This document shows, one piece after another, positions 45,752 to 54,711 of a stretch of 57,739 nucleotides of DNA. Location of the stretch: IMG/VR virus record IMGVR_UViG_3300029305_003605. One strand, written 5' to 3'. The position numbers were made by a program, and so were the translations under genes. This DNA is from a virus. A model generated the notes under the pieces. That model made no database searches. It was given only the letters and a program-made list of their open reading frames with translations, and had not been told where the DNA came from. The number at the start of each line of letters is the position of its first letter. Position 1 is the stretch's first letter.

Positions 45752-45946
45752 ATGTTGGCAGAAACCAGAGTATCATTTGCAAGTACAGTTGCTTATGAAT
45801 GTATGAAAAACCCAGAGGCGATGAACAGTTTTATTTGTTCGGTAGCAGAAACCGTTAATATAACAGATTTGCAGTTGATAAATAATATGTTCTATCAGGC
45901 ATTGGCACTCACCCAGAAACAAAAAGAGCAAAATCAGAAAAACTAA
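45752..45946 (+). CDS. hypothetical protein
   Basis: 64-aa ORF with GAAGGGGA upstream. Confidence 0.55.
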   Translation: MLAETRVSFASTVAYECMKNPEAMNSFICSVAETVNITDLQLINNMFYQALALTQKQKEQNQKN

Positions 45947-45957
45947 CGGCAAAGGAA

Positions 45958-46182
45958 ATGATGATGAAAAAACAAAAAGATGATGAAGAAAAAATTACGA
46001 GAACACTCACGGCAGGGGAGATAATTGACGAATTGCGAAAACTTCCCAAACAGGCAGAAGTGAGATTTAGTGATGTTTGCGGAAATCACGAGGCAGAGTT
46101 ATACCAAGTTGCAATAGACGCAAACAAAGGCACAATATTACTTATAGGAGAATATATTTATGACGACAGTAGCGAACGGTAA
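45958..46182 (+). CDS. hypothetical protein
   Basis: 74-aa ORF with AAAGGAA upstream. Confidence 0.55.
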   Translation: MMMKKQKDDEEKITRTLTAGEIIDELRKLPKQAEVRFSDVCGNHEAELYQVAIDANKGTILLIGEYIYDDSSER

Positions 46183-46681
46183 AGACAAAGCATATTGGAG
46201 AGGCGGATACACTTTAGAAGACCTCGTAAAATATTGCGACAATAGTGGATTAAACAGAGAAGACATACAGATAGTATGCGGTGTGTATGACATTGATAAA
46301 AATGGCGATAACAAAGGGTGCAAAATGTGTGCGGTGCAAAATTTCAGACTTTGCATTACAGACGGCTTTTTGGAAATTATGACGAGAAAAGACAGTTATC
46401 AAGACGCAGACGCATATTATAAAACAAAAATTACTTATGAAGATACAGGAAAAATGTTGAAATATACAGGAAGGGGTGCAGACTGTTATTGCACAACACA
46501 ATGGGAATATTTTGATAAAAGTATGTATTTGACACAAATATGTAACCCAGACAAACTTGAACATACAGAATGGTACGATGTTCACGACATTAAAGGGGAT
46601 ATTTTTCATATTACAGTAGGCAACAAAACCTACAAAAATTGCACTTGGGCAAACAACAGAATAGTGAGGGTTACAAAATGA
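46160..46681 (+). CDS. hypothetical Cys-rich protein
   Basis: 173-aa ORF overlapping both neighbours. Confidence 0.55.
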   Translation: MTTVANGKDKAYWRGGYTLEDLVKYCDNSGLNREDIQIVCGVYDIDKNGDNKGCKMCAVQNFRLCITDGFLEIMTRKDSYQDADAYYKTKITYEDTGKMLKYTGRGADCYCTTQWEYFDKSMYLTQICNPDKLEHTEWYDVHDIKGDIFHITVGNKTYKNCTWANNRIVRVTK

Positions 46682-48354
46682 GCAATGCAGAAACAACACA
46701 ATTAGTATTGGAATTAAAAGAGCAGGAGCAGGATTATGAATTTTATCCTACTACAAAGGAAATAATTGCTTGCATACACGAGCATATCAATAGCCATTGG
46801 GAAATTGAACATTATGCTAACAAAGTGCTTGATATAGGGTGTGGCACAGAAAACTTCCGAAAACATATTAAAGAATTACACCACGAAAGAGAATTGTGGA
46901 AGGAAAATGCAAGCAAAAGACCAGACGGCAGTTACGATAACGGAATAAGAAATGCACGAAATTGGTACATTTCAGAATATTTTGTTATGGAAAAATCTAA
47001 AATACTTTTGCAACAATTAGACAAAAAAACAATAGTTCTTGGAACAGATTTTTACGATAACACATTAGTAGATAAAGAAATGGACTTAATTTTCTGCAAT
47101 CCACCGTATTCAGCATACGCAGAATGGACAAAAAGAATAATTGCAGAGAGTAATTGCAAATACATTTATTTAGTTATCCCAGAGCGGTGGAAGGAAGACG
47201 CAGAAATACAAAAAACTATTGAAACTATCGGAGCAGAGGCAACGGCAATAGGTTCATTTGATTTTCTAAATGCAGAGAGATCCGCAAGAGCAAAAGTAGA
47301 TGTTGTTTTCATTGATAAAACAAAAGTACCTACGGATAATGCTTTTGACCGTTGGTTCGATGAAACTTTTAAGATGAGAGATAAGGAAGAAAAATCCGAG
47401 TGGAAAGTAGAAGAGGAGAAGGAAAAAGACATTAAAAACGAATTAGTTGGCGGAAAAAACAAAGGTGAAATGCTGATAAATTTATACGAGGCAGAGCAAA
47501 GAAAACTCTACGAGCATTTTTTAGCGATAAGTGGACTTGATGTTGATATTTTAGAGAGTATCAACATACAGAAATCAGCCGTCAAGAAGGCATTAAAAGA
47601 ACGGATACAGGGATTGAAAACATTATATTGGAAAATAGTTTTTGATGAATTAGATGAGATTACAAGCAGGCTGACATCAAAAACCAGAGAGAAGATGTTT
47701 AACAGGTTCAAAAGTTTGCAAACGGTAGATTTTACGATACAGAATATTTACAGTTTAATAATTTGGGTAATCAAAAACGCAAATAATTATTACAACGACC
47801 AGATGATAGAGTTCTTTAAGACTTTATCTTCACCAGAAAATTGCAGGGCATACAAAAGCAACGACAGAATTGGCACTCGTAATTGGAGATTTGCCGATGA
47901 GAATAGCCATTATACATTGGATTACCGTATTATTTGCGATAATTTAAGTTTTAGCAATTATTACAGTTGGGATAAAGAGATAGACAAATGGAAAGCAATG
48001 CAAACTATTGACGACATTTGCACGATAGCAAATAATTTGAATTTTGAAGTCGGAATTAGAGATGTACCAAAGGATTATGGCAAAAAATATACAATTCTTT
48101 TGAAAAACGGAGAAACTTTTTGCGATTTCAGAATTTATAAAAACGGCAATACACATTTGAAATTCAATAAAGAATTTATGAAGGCATTGAATGTAGAAGT
48201 CAGCAGACTTTTGGGGTGGATAAACAAACCAGAAGATATTGCCAGAGAATTTGATGATGAAATCAAAGAAGGTGCAGAAAAGTATTTTAAGTATAATATG
48301 CAATTTAGTATCACAGGCAATGGCATAAAACTACTCGGTACTACAAAAAGTTAA
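46678..48354 (+). CDS. DNA methyltransferase, NPPY (N6-adenine type) with large C-terminal domain
   Basis: ATGA-coupled start. Motif I VLDIGCGTENF, motif IV DLIFCNPPYS, N-terminal YEFYPTTKEII, and an extra C-terminal region of about 380 aa. Confidence 0.7.
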   Translation: MSNAETTQLVLELKEQEQDYEFYPTTKEIIACIHEHINSHWEIEHYANKVLDIGCGTENFRKHIKELHHERELWKENASKRPDGSYDNGIRNARNWYISEYFVMEKSKILLQQLDKKTIVLGTDFYDNTLVDKEMDLIFCNPPYSAYAEWTKRIIAESNCKYIYLVIPERWKEDAEIQKTIETIGAEATAIGSFDFLNAERSARAKVDVVFIDKTKVPTDNAFDRWFDETFKMRDKEEKSEWKVEEEKEKDIKNELVGGKNKGEMLINLYEAEQRKLYEHFLAISGLDVDILESINIQKSAVKKALKERIQGLKTLYWKIVFDELDEITSRLTSKTREKMFNRFKSLQTVDFTIQNIYSLIIWVIKNANNYYNDQMIEFFKTLSSPENCRAYKSNDRIGTRNWRFADENSHYTLDYRIICDNLSFSNYYSWDKEIDKWKAMQTIDDICTIANNLNFEVGIRDVPKDYGKKYTILLKNGETFCDFRIYKNGNTHLKFNKEFMKALNVEVSRLLGWINKPEDIAREFDDEIKEGAEKYFKYNMQFSITGNGIKLLGTTKS

Positions 48355-48372
48355 TAATTTTTAATAATTTTA

Positions 48373-48401
48373 TTGTAAAATTTTAATATTTTTTGTATAA
48401 T
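48373..48401 (+). promoter_or_regulatory. Promoter (TTGTAA-17-TATAAT)
   Basis: -35 at 48373-48378 and -10 at 48396-48401, in the AT-rich gap after the methyltransferase. Confidence 0.55.
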
Positions 48402-48427
48402 AAAGAACGACAGGAGAACAGAACATT

Positions 48428-48607
48428 ATGGCAAAAATGAAAAACATTACAAAAGATGAGTTATTAAAACTCGCAAAAAGCAACACCATACAGGAAATTG
48501 CTGATATGTTCGGCACTTCCTACACAACAATTTGGAAATACTTGCGAAATGCAGGATATAAAAGAAAAGTTGGCAGACCTCGTTTGTTTAATATAACAGA
48601 CGATTAA
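48428..48607 (+). CDS. small HTH protein (59 aa)
   Basis: Not in the ORF track (under 60 aa). AGGAGA upstream. TIQEIADMFGTSYTTIWKYLRNAG is a helix-turn-helix. Confidence 0.55.
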   Translation: MAKMKNITKDELLKLAKSNTIQEIADMFGTSYTTIWKYLRNAGYKRKVGRPRLFNITDD

Positions 48608-48619
48608 ATCACCAGAGAG

Positions 48620-48640
48620 AAGGGATAATATCCCTTTTTT
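48620..48640 (+). terminator. Rho-independent terminator/attenuator
   Basis: AAGGGA-TAATA-TCCCTT followed by a T-run. Confidence 0.5.
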
Positions 48641-48687
48641 CTGGCAGGGCAAAGGAAACGAAACAAAAGGAAGGTGAAGTAAAGAAG

Positions 48688-48867
48688 ATGATTGAAATTA
48701 CAAGAGCAGAATTAGAGCAAAAGTATTTGAACTCTAATAATGAGGAGTTAGCGAGAGAGTTAAACATCTCCGAGCCTACTTTGTTGAAATTGTTGAGAGC
48801 GAATGATATTTCACTAAAAGGCAAAGGATACGGCAGTAAGGCAAAAGTAAAGGTAACGGTAAAGTAG
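48688..48867 (+). CDS. small HTH protein (59 aa)
   Basis: Not in the ORF track. GGAAGGTGAAG upstream. NEELARELNISEPTLLKLLRAN is a helix-turn-helix. Confidence 0.5.
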   Translation: MIEITRAELEQKYLNSNNEELARELNISEPTLLKLLRANDISLKGKGYGSKAKVKVTVK

Positions 48868-48886
48868 GTAAGCAGAGGGGAAAACA

Positions 48887-49675
48887 ATGGCAAAGAGATT
48901 ACACGACACAGAGATTTGGCATAAAGAGTGGTATTGCAATTTATCCCAGACGCACAAACTGTTAGTGCAGTATTTATTCGATAATTGCGATTGTGCAGGA
49001 GTTTTTGAGGCAAACTACAAAATTATGCAATTTTTGATTGGAGCAGAGATTACAGAAAACGATTTGCTCGCAATTAAGCAGGTGGTAAAACTTGCAAATG
49101 GAAAATTCTTTTTAACGGATTTTATTTCTTTTCAGTATGGAGTAAATTTAGATGAATTAAATCCAAAATTTTCAGTACATAAGGGAGTAATAAAAATTCT
49201 TGAAAAAAATGGCATACTCGGAAAAGACGGTGAGTGCTTGAATTTTGAAACAGTTACGGAAGGGTTAGGTAACGGTTACAATGTAACTGCACAGAATAAA
49301 GATAAGGATAAGGATAAAGATAAGGATAATAATATTACTTCTAATAAAGAAGATGAAAAACCAAAAAAACCGAAAAAAGAAAAACCAGAGGCAGTAACAT
49401 TAGGTGAATTTAATAATGTAATTTTATCCCCAGATGAGATAACAAAGTTGAAGGACTTGTACAAAGAGAAGTTTGAAACGGCTATTGAAATATTAAGCAG
49501 TTATATCGGAAGTAGCGGAAAAAAATACAAATCACATTATGCAGTTCTGGGTAAACATAATTGGGTGTACCAGAAAACTTTTGAGGAAAAGAACGGTGGT
49601 GGTAGAAACGGATATACTACCAAACCGACAGAGGATAAGAGTTCAATTTTGAGAAAAGTTAGTGAGGCATTTTAG
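48887..49675 (+). CDS. replisome organiser / replication initiator (DnaD-like C-terminus)
   Basis: N-terminal HDTEIWHKEWYCNLSQTHKLLVQYLFDNCDCAGVFE pattern, directly upstream of the DnaC-like loader. Contains internal iteron-like repeats. Confidence 0.55.
   Translation: MAKRLHDTEIWHKEWYCNLSQTHKLLVQYLFDNCDCAGVFEANYKIMQFLIGAEITENDLLAIKQVVKLANGKFFLTDFISFQYGVNLDELNPKFSVHKGVIKILEKNGILGKDGECLNFETVTEGLGNGYNVTAQNKDKDKDKDKDNNITSNKEDEKPKKPKKEKPEAVTLGEFNNVILSPDEITKLKDLYKEKFETAIEILSSYIGSSGKKYKSHYAVLGKHNWVYQKTFEEKNGGGRNGYTTKPTEDKSSILRKVSEAF
49250..49277 (+). repeat. 28-bp conserved motif, copy 3 (ACAGTTACGGAAGGGTTAGGTAACGGTT), intragenic
   Basis: 24/28 identical to copy 1. The core hairpin is degenerate here, but it is flanked by the inverted repeat CAGTTAC (49251)...GTAACTG (49283). 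Confidence 0.75.
49301..49330. repeat. Five tandem hexamers GATAAG/GATAAA/GATAAT (complement of TTATCY)
   Basis: GATAAG GATAAG GATAAA GATAAG GATAAT, encoding (DK)n. It is the reverse complement of the hexamer family at 44168..44221. Confidence 0.8.
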
Positions 49676-49677
49676 GA

Positions 49678-50442
49678 ATGGCAAAGACGGCAGAAAAAAA
49701 AGATGATGAAAAAAGAGTTTGTCAGTATTGTGGCAAACCAAAGGAAAAAAAGACCATAGGCACAGGAGAACATACGATAACTTTGTGGGTGGATACTTGC
49801 AGTTGTGTGGCAGATATGGAGCAGGCAGAGGAGCAACGCAAAAAGAATTTGGCAAGATTTAAGGCACTCCGCAGGCAGTATAAACAGGCAGGATTTACCA
49901 GAAGACAATTAGGGCATAGGTTGAGAAACTTGACTTGCGAGCATAAAGAAAAGTTTGTTAGGTGGGTACAAAATTTCAAACCGAGAAAAACAAAAGGTAT
50001 GTTTCTATATGGGGGAGTGGGCAACGGAAAAACAACATCGGGCAGTTGTATAGCAAAAGAATTGGTAAATATGGGATACAAAAATGTTTATTTTTTCACA
50101 ATGGCAGAGTATCTCAATAAAATGCAGGCAACATACAAAGAAGGGAGCAAAATCACATTTGATGATTTAATGCAAAAGTGGTTAGAGGCAGACGCAATAT
50201 TTATTGACGATTTCGGCAGAGAAAAATACTCGGATAAAAGATTGGAAAATGTATTTTTATTCTTTGACGGATTGTATAATAACTGTACGACATTTTTCAT
50301 AATGGCAAACCCAGAGAATGTGTTGAGGGTGAAGGATATACCAGAGTTTGAGGCAATATTTGACAGATTTTCAGAAACATTGGAGAAGGTCGTATTTAAG
50401 GCAGAGAGTATGAGAAAACAAAAAGCAGAGGAGATTGAGTAA
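49678..50442 (+). CDS. DnaC/IstB-like AAA+ helicase loader
   Basis: Walker A GGVGNGKTT and Walker B AIFIDDFGRE. Confidence 0.75.
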   Translation: MAKTAEKKDDEKRVCQYCGKPKEKKTIGTGEHTITLWVDTCSCVADMEQAEEQRKKNLARFKALRRQYKQAGFTRRQLGHRLRNLTCEHKEKFVRWVQNFKPRKTKGMFLYGGVGNGKTTSGSCIAKELVNMGYKNVYFFTMAEYLNKMQATYKEGSKITFDDLMQKWLEADAIFIDDFGREKYSDKRLENVFLFFDGLYNNCTTFFIMANPENVLRVKDIPEFEAIFDRFSETLEKVVFKAESMRKQKAEEIE

Positions 50443-50444
50443 TT

Positions 50445-50837
50445 ATGGTAATGACGAAGGAAATGCAGAAGGCAACAAAATCAGATTTTATGTGCGTATG
50501 TAGTATGTGTTCAAACTATGAAAAATGTTTGGCGAATGACAAAGAGCAGGAGAAGTTCATACAATCTATGTGCTTGGATAGTCAAAGTGCAGGGGTATTC
50601 ACTTGGGTAACGGCAATTTTAATCGGGGTATTTTTAGGTTATGCGTGGTGCTATATGGCAATGAGTGGCAATATAACAGGAAAAGACGCACAAATCAGAC
50701 AATACCAGATAGCATTGGAAGACGCACAGAGCATACGGAAAACAAAAGAATGGCAGGCAATAGACAAATGCAAAGACGGTGATTTTTGGAAGGCAGAATG
50801 TATTGCGTGGGAGTTGAATAATGGCACAGGAAAATAG
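50445..50837 (+). CDS. hypothetical membrane protein
   Basis: 130 aa with one hydrophobic helix, VFTWVTAILIGVFLGYAWCYMAM. Confidence 0.55.
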   Translation: MVMTKEMQKATKSDFMCVCSMCSNYEKCLANDKEQEKFIQSMCLDSQSAGVFTWVTAILIGVFLGYAWCYMAMSGNITGKDAQIRQYQIALEDAQSIRKTKEWQAIDKCKDGDFWKAECIAWELNNGTGK

Positions 50838-51204
50838 AGTACGATTGCAGATGAAAATATTCCCAGATATGCCACCAGAGGATATTACCCAGACGGTAAT
50901 GGCACAGGAACAGGCAAAGCAGTACAATAAATTGAGTGTGTACCAAAAATTCAAAATTGATAATCATTATCAAAAAGCGGTAAATCACAATAAAGACGGC
51001 AGAATGTGTGCAAAGTGTAAATTCTTGGATTACGATCCATATCACCAGAGAAATTACTACAAATGCAAACTTCTGGGTACGAGCAGGGGAGAGGCAACGG
51101 ATATACGACTTTCTTATGTTTGCGACAGATTTGAGATAAACCCAGAGATAGTAAGAGAGGCAGAAGAATACCAGAAAAGAAAACAGGAGAAACAAAGAAA
51201 ATGA
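50821..51204 (+). CDS. hypothetical Cys-containing protein
   Basis: 127-aa ORF overlapping its neighbours. Confidence 0.55.
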   Translation: MAQENRVRLQMKIFPDMPPEDITQTVMAQEQAKQYNKLSVYQKFKIDNHYQKAVNHNKDGRMCAKCKFLDYDPYHQRNYYKCKLLGTSRGEATDIRLSYVCDRFEINPEIVREAEEYQKRKQEKQRK

Positions 51205-51503
51205 AAATAGGATTGGCACAGAGAAAAACATTGAAAAGAGCAATAGACACATACGGCTCTGATATGCAAAGGTTGATTGTGATAGAGGAGTTATCCGAGT
51301 TACAGAAGGCGGTAATCAAACAGATAAGAAAACCTTGTTTGGAGAATGTGAGAAATATCGCAGAAGAAATCGCAGATGTGTATATTATGCTCAAACAGTT
51401 GGAAATAATGTACGGAATAAACCCAGAAATACAAAGAAATATAGACTATAAGGTAAAACGGCTCTCCGAGAGAGTTAAGGAAGAATTAAAAAGCAGAAAA
51501 TAG
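51201..51503 (+). CDS. MazG-like nucleotide pyrophosphohydrolase
   Basis: IEELSELQKAV and AEEIADVYIMLKQL form the EExxE/ExxD-type helical pair typical of small MazG proteins. Confidence 0.5.
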   Translation: MKIGLAQRKTLKRAIDTYGSDMQRLIVIEELSELQKAVIKQIRKPCLENVRNIAEEIADVYIMLKQLEIMYGINPEIQRNIDYKVKRLSERVKEELKSRK

Positions 51504-51528
51504 GCAATAAAGAATAGGAGATGATGAA

Positions 51529-51885
51529 ATGACAAACGCAGATTACGAAGTAACACAGGTAACAAAAAACTTCATTGAGGTTAATTTGTACGGAGAAAAA
51601 ACACACATTGACAAAGGTTATTTGCATTGGGCATTGGGTGAAGTTATTGGGTGGCAACAGGGTAGAACAAATTTTACCGCTCGTCTTATGGCACTAATAG
51701 CAAAGGCAGATAATAATAACCGCAAAAAGATTGCAAAAGGATTTCGTGAGGAAGTTTTTGCATATCTTCTCTGGTATTACAAAGAAGGACTAATCACGGT
51801 GGAAGATAGTGAGAAGTTTATCGGCAAGTTGCGAGAATGGTTAAAAAGCAGTAGTAGTGATGAAAAAACAGGAGAGGAGCAATAA
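51529..51885 (+). CDS. hypothetical protein
   Basis: 118-aa ORF with TAGGAGA upstream. Confidence 0.6.
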   Translation: MTNADYEVTQVTKNFIEVNLYGEKTHIDKGYLHWALGEVIGWQQGRTNFTARLMALIAKADNNNRKKIAKGFREEVFAYLLWYYKEGLITVEDSEKFIGKLREWLKSSSSDEKTGEEQ

Positions 51886-52286
51886 TGTACGGAATAACAC
51901 CAGAGCAGACAAAGAAAATACATACTCTTTTGAGTAAACACGGCATAAAAAAAGAAGTGTACCGAGAATTGTTGGAGAATAAATATGGTGTCGGCAGTTC
52001 ACAACATCTTGATGAGGAGCAGGCAAGCGAGTTAATTCAGTATCTTATCAATATGACAGGAGATACATACGATAAAGACAATAACACGGAATATTACCAG
52101 AAAATGCAAAATGAAAAGAAGGCAGAGGATAGGTATATAGCAAATGTTGAGTATAAAAACAATCTTATAAAAAGCACTATTCACGCATTTGCGGAAACTA
52201 TGACAAAAGAACAGATATTGCAGTTATTTTTATCAGTAACAAGCAATGAGCAAAATAAAGAAATAGTACAAAAAATGATGAACTAA
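51885..52286 (+). CDS. hypothetical protein (Mu gp16/DUF1018-like?)
   Basis: ITPEQTKKIHTLLSKHGI...YGVGSSQHLDEEQASELIQYL resembles DUF1018. Confidence 0.4.
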   Translation: MYGITPEQTKKIHTLLSKHGIKKEVYRELLENKYGVGSSQHLDEEQASELIQYLINMTGDTYDKDNNTEYYQKMQNEKKAEDRYIANVEYKNNLIKSTIHAFAETMTKEQILQLFLSVTSNEQNKEIVQKMMN

Positions 52287-52308
52287 CAACAAAAGAGGAG
52301 ATGAAAAG

Positions 52309-52641
52309 ATGATGAAAAAAGGTTATGAAGACAAACAAACACAGAAGGCAAGATTATTGAAGGTGCTAAAAGAAGGCAAAAAAGTTACACAGATAGATTT
52401 GCCATTGTATTTGGAATTACGGAAAAACCGCACAAATTTGTTTAGCAGGCAACCAAAGTCAGAGTATATTGACGCAATAGCAGAGTTAGGTATTGCGAAT
52501 TTGCCTGCCAGAATATACGGATTGAAGGCAGACGGATACGACATCAAAACAGAAGATGTAAAAATTAAGGGCAGATTTGGCAGTACACATTTTGCCGTGT
52601 ATTCGTTAAATATTGATTTGGATAGATTTGGAGTATGCTAA
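52309..52641 (+). CDS. winged-helix/HTH DNA-binding protein
   Basis: GIANLPARIYGLKADGYDI...HFAVYSL is the pattern of phage HTH_39-like proteins. Confidence 0.5.
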   Translation: MMKKGYEDKQTQKARLLKVLKEGKKVTQIDLPLYLELRKNRTNLFSRQPKSEYIDAIAELGIANLPARIYGLKADGYDIKTEDVKIKGRFGSTHFAVYSLNIDLDRFGVC

Positions 52642-52672
52642 AAAAAATTATTAAAAAAATATAAAAAAACTA

Positions 52673-52701
52673 TTGACTTTTTTTATTTTTAGGAGCATAA
52701 T
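52673..52701 (+). promoter_or_regulatory. Early promoter P3 (TTGACT-17-CATAAT)
   Basis: Same cassette as at 3021 and 44963. Confidence 0.7.
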
Positions 52702-52760
52702 TGACTTATCAAAAAACAGATTTTTGGCAATTTACTACAAGAAAAGAAGGAGAAAAACTT

Positions 52761-52967
52761 ATGGAAAACGAATTTTACGCAGAAGTCAGAAACAGAAACA
52801 AAGCAAAATTTATTGCTATTGCAACAAAAGACATTGAAAAACAACAGGCATTGGAAGGCGGAGTTAATATTCCTGCATTTTTAGAGGCAGAGCAGGCATA
52901 TAACGAATTTGACCGTGCAGGGTGTTTTGATGAATACGGCAGATTGAAACCTATGCCACAGGCATAG
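52761..52967 (+). CDS. hypothetical protein (first gene after P3)
   Basis: Start moved to ATG 52761, which sits in the conserved AAACTTATGG context after AAGGAG. Confidence 0.6.
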   Translation: MENEFYAEVRNRNKAKFIAIATKDIEKQQALEGGVNIPAFLEAEQAYNEFDRAGCFDEYGRLKPMPQA

Positions 52968-53070
52968 TGCGTATGAAAAAGAGAAGTCTTTGGGTGTGTC
53001 CGAAAATGACATACCCAAAGATTACAATTAAAGATGATGAATGACAATTACAAGATAGGAGAACGAAAAA

Positions 53071-53886
53071 ATGACATTTCAAAAAGCAGAGATTACGCAG
53101 GCACTTAAAGACTACGATACAGAAGTAGTTGAAAAATATGCAACATATTGCGTAGGATTATTACTCAAAAAAGACAAAGAGCAGAAAATCGTAAACACTT
53201 GGATACAGAGTTGGAAGGCAGATAAACTCGTGTATCTTTTCAAGCAAGTTGCAAAAGACGGATTATTTATTGACGGTGAGAATATCACTATTGATAACAG
53301 AGGCATTAGTTACAATTATAAGGCATATAAAAATATGCTTTTAATCAAGTATCCAGAGAGCATTATAGACCACCAATTAGTGTATGCAGGAGATGTATTT
53401 CACTTTGCAAAGCAGAGCGGTAAGGTAGTTTATACGCACGAAATTGCAAATCCATTCGACCAGAAGGAAGATGATATTATTGGCGGATATTGTGTTATCA
53501 AAAACCGCAGGGGTGAATTTGTAACGACTATGGGCAAACAGGACATTGAAAAATGTAGAAAAGTTGCAAAAACCGATAAAATTTGGAAGGAATGGTACAA
53601 AGCAATGTGCTTAAAGACGGTTATTAAATCGGCTTGTAGTTTACACTTTCAAGATATTTACCAGAATATTTTGGCAACGGATAATGCAACAGAGAATGAT
53701 ATTGAAAACCCACAGGGCATAAGCATAGAGGATAAAGGTGCTATTGATGAAATCAATGATTTAGCAGTACTTCGCAAGTTTTATAACGATAATAAAGAAA
53801 AATGTGCAAAAGTACCAGACCTTTTGAAGTATATACAGAAAAGACAGGCAGAGTTAAAGAGCAAAAAAGCAGAGGAGAATAAGTAA
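53071..53886 (+). CDS. recT: RecT-family single-strand annealing protein
   Basis: 271 aa with GGYCVIKNRRGE...M...IWKEWYKAMCLKTVIKSACS, paired with the downstream exonuclease. Confidence 0.65.
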   Translation: MTFQKAEITQALKDYDTEVVEKYATYCVGLLLKKDKEQKIVNTWIQSWKADKLVYLFKQVAKDGLFIDGENITIDNRGISYNYKAYKNMLLIKYPESIIDHQLVYAGDVFHFAKQSGKVVYTHEIANPFDQKEDDIIGGYCVIKNRRGEFVTTMGKQDIEKCRKVAKTDKIWKEWYKAMCLKTVIKSACSLHFQDIYQNILATDNATENDIENPQGISIEDKGAIDEINDLAVLRKFYNDNKEKCAKVPDLLKYIQKRQAELKSKKAEENK

Positions 53887-53888
53887 CT

Positions 53889-54701
53889 ATGAGAGAAGAT
53901 ATTAAAATTTACACAACAGATGAAATAGTACAGGGAACTCCCGAATGGTTCGCTATCCGTGATTTGAAATTCACGGCAAGCAAAGCAAGTGAGATAGCCA
54001 CTAACGGCAAAGGTCTTGAAACTTTATGCACAGAGTTATTGGCAGGGCATTACAGTAGTCAGCAATATGATGAGTACACAGGGAAGTATAAAAATCCTGC
54101 TATGCAAAGGGGTAACGATTACGAGGCACAGGCACGAATGGTGTACGAATTTGAAACAGGCAATAGTGTTCGTGAAGTCGGATTTGTTGAAGTAACGAGC
54201 AGAAAATATGTAGGGTGTTCACCAGACGGCTTGGTAACAGAAAACGGCAAAGAAGACATCTTGTTAGAGATTAAAAACCACGATGATAAAGTATTTTTGG
54301 AGTTAATTTTATCGGGGAAGGTAGATCCAAAATATGTAAAACAAATGCAGTATCAAATGTGGGTAACAGGTGCAAGTGCTTGCGATTACTTCGGGTACAA
54401 TCCAAACTTCAAACCGAGTTTTTATATGGAGAGATTTTTCCCAGATGAAGAACTATTTGCAAAATTTGACGCAGGAGTAACGGCAGGAGCGGATATGCTT
54501 GATAATGGGTTACGCATTTTGGGCGGTAAAGGATTAGAGGAGCAGGAGAAGTATATTGAGCCAGAGGCAGAGGCAGAAAATAAATGCCCAGAGATTGAGA
54601 ATATCAAAGAGGCAACAGAGCAATTCTTCAATAATGCGGTAAAGACTACAACCAAAGAAACCGCAACGGCAACGGCAGTAGCAGATGATTTCCCATTTTA
54701 G
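53889..54701 (+). CDS. YqaJ-type (lambda Exo-like) recombination exonuclease
   Basis: QGTPEWFAIRDLKFTASKASEI, SPDG and LEIKN give the PD-(D/E)xK pattern. Confidence 0.7.
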   Translation: MREDIKIYTTDEIVQGTPEWFAIRDLKFTASKASEIATNGKGLETLCTELLAGHYSSQQYDEYTGKYKNPAMQRGNDYEAQARMVYEFETGNSVREVGFVEVTSRKYVGCSPDGLVTENGKEDILLEIKNHDDKVFLELILSGKVDPKYVKQMQYQMWVTGASACDYFGYNPNFKPSFYMERFFPDEELFAKFDAGVTAGADMLDNGLRILGGKGLEEQEKYIEPEAEAENKCPEIENIKEATEQFFNNAVKTTTKETATATAVADDFPF

Positions 54702-54711
54702 AGGATAAGTA

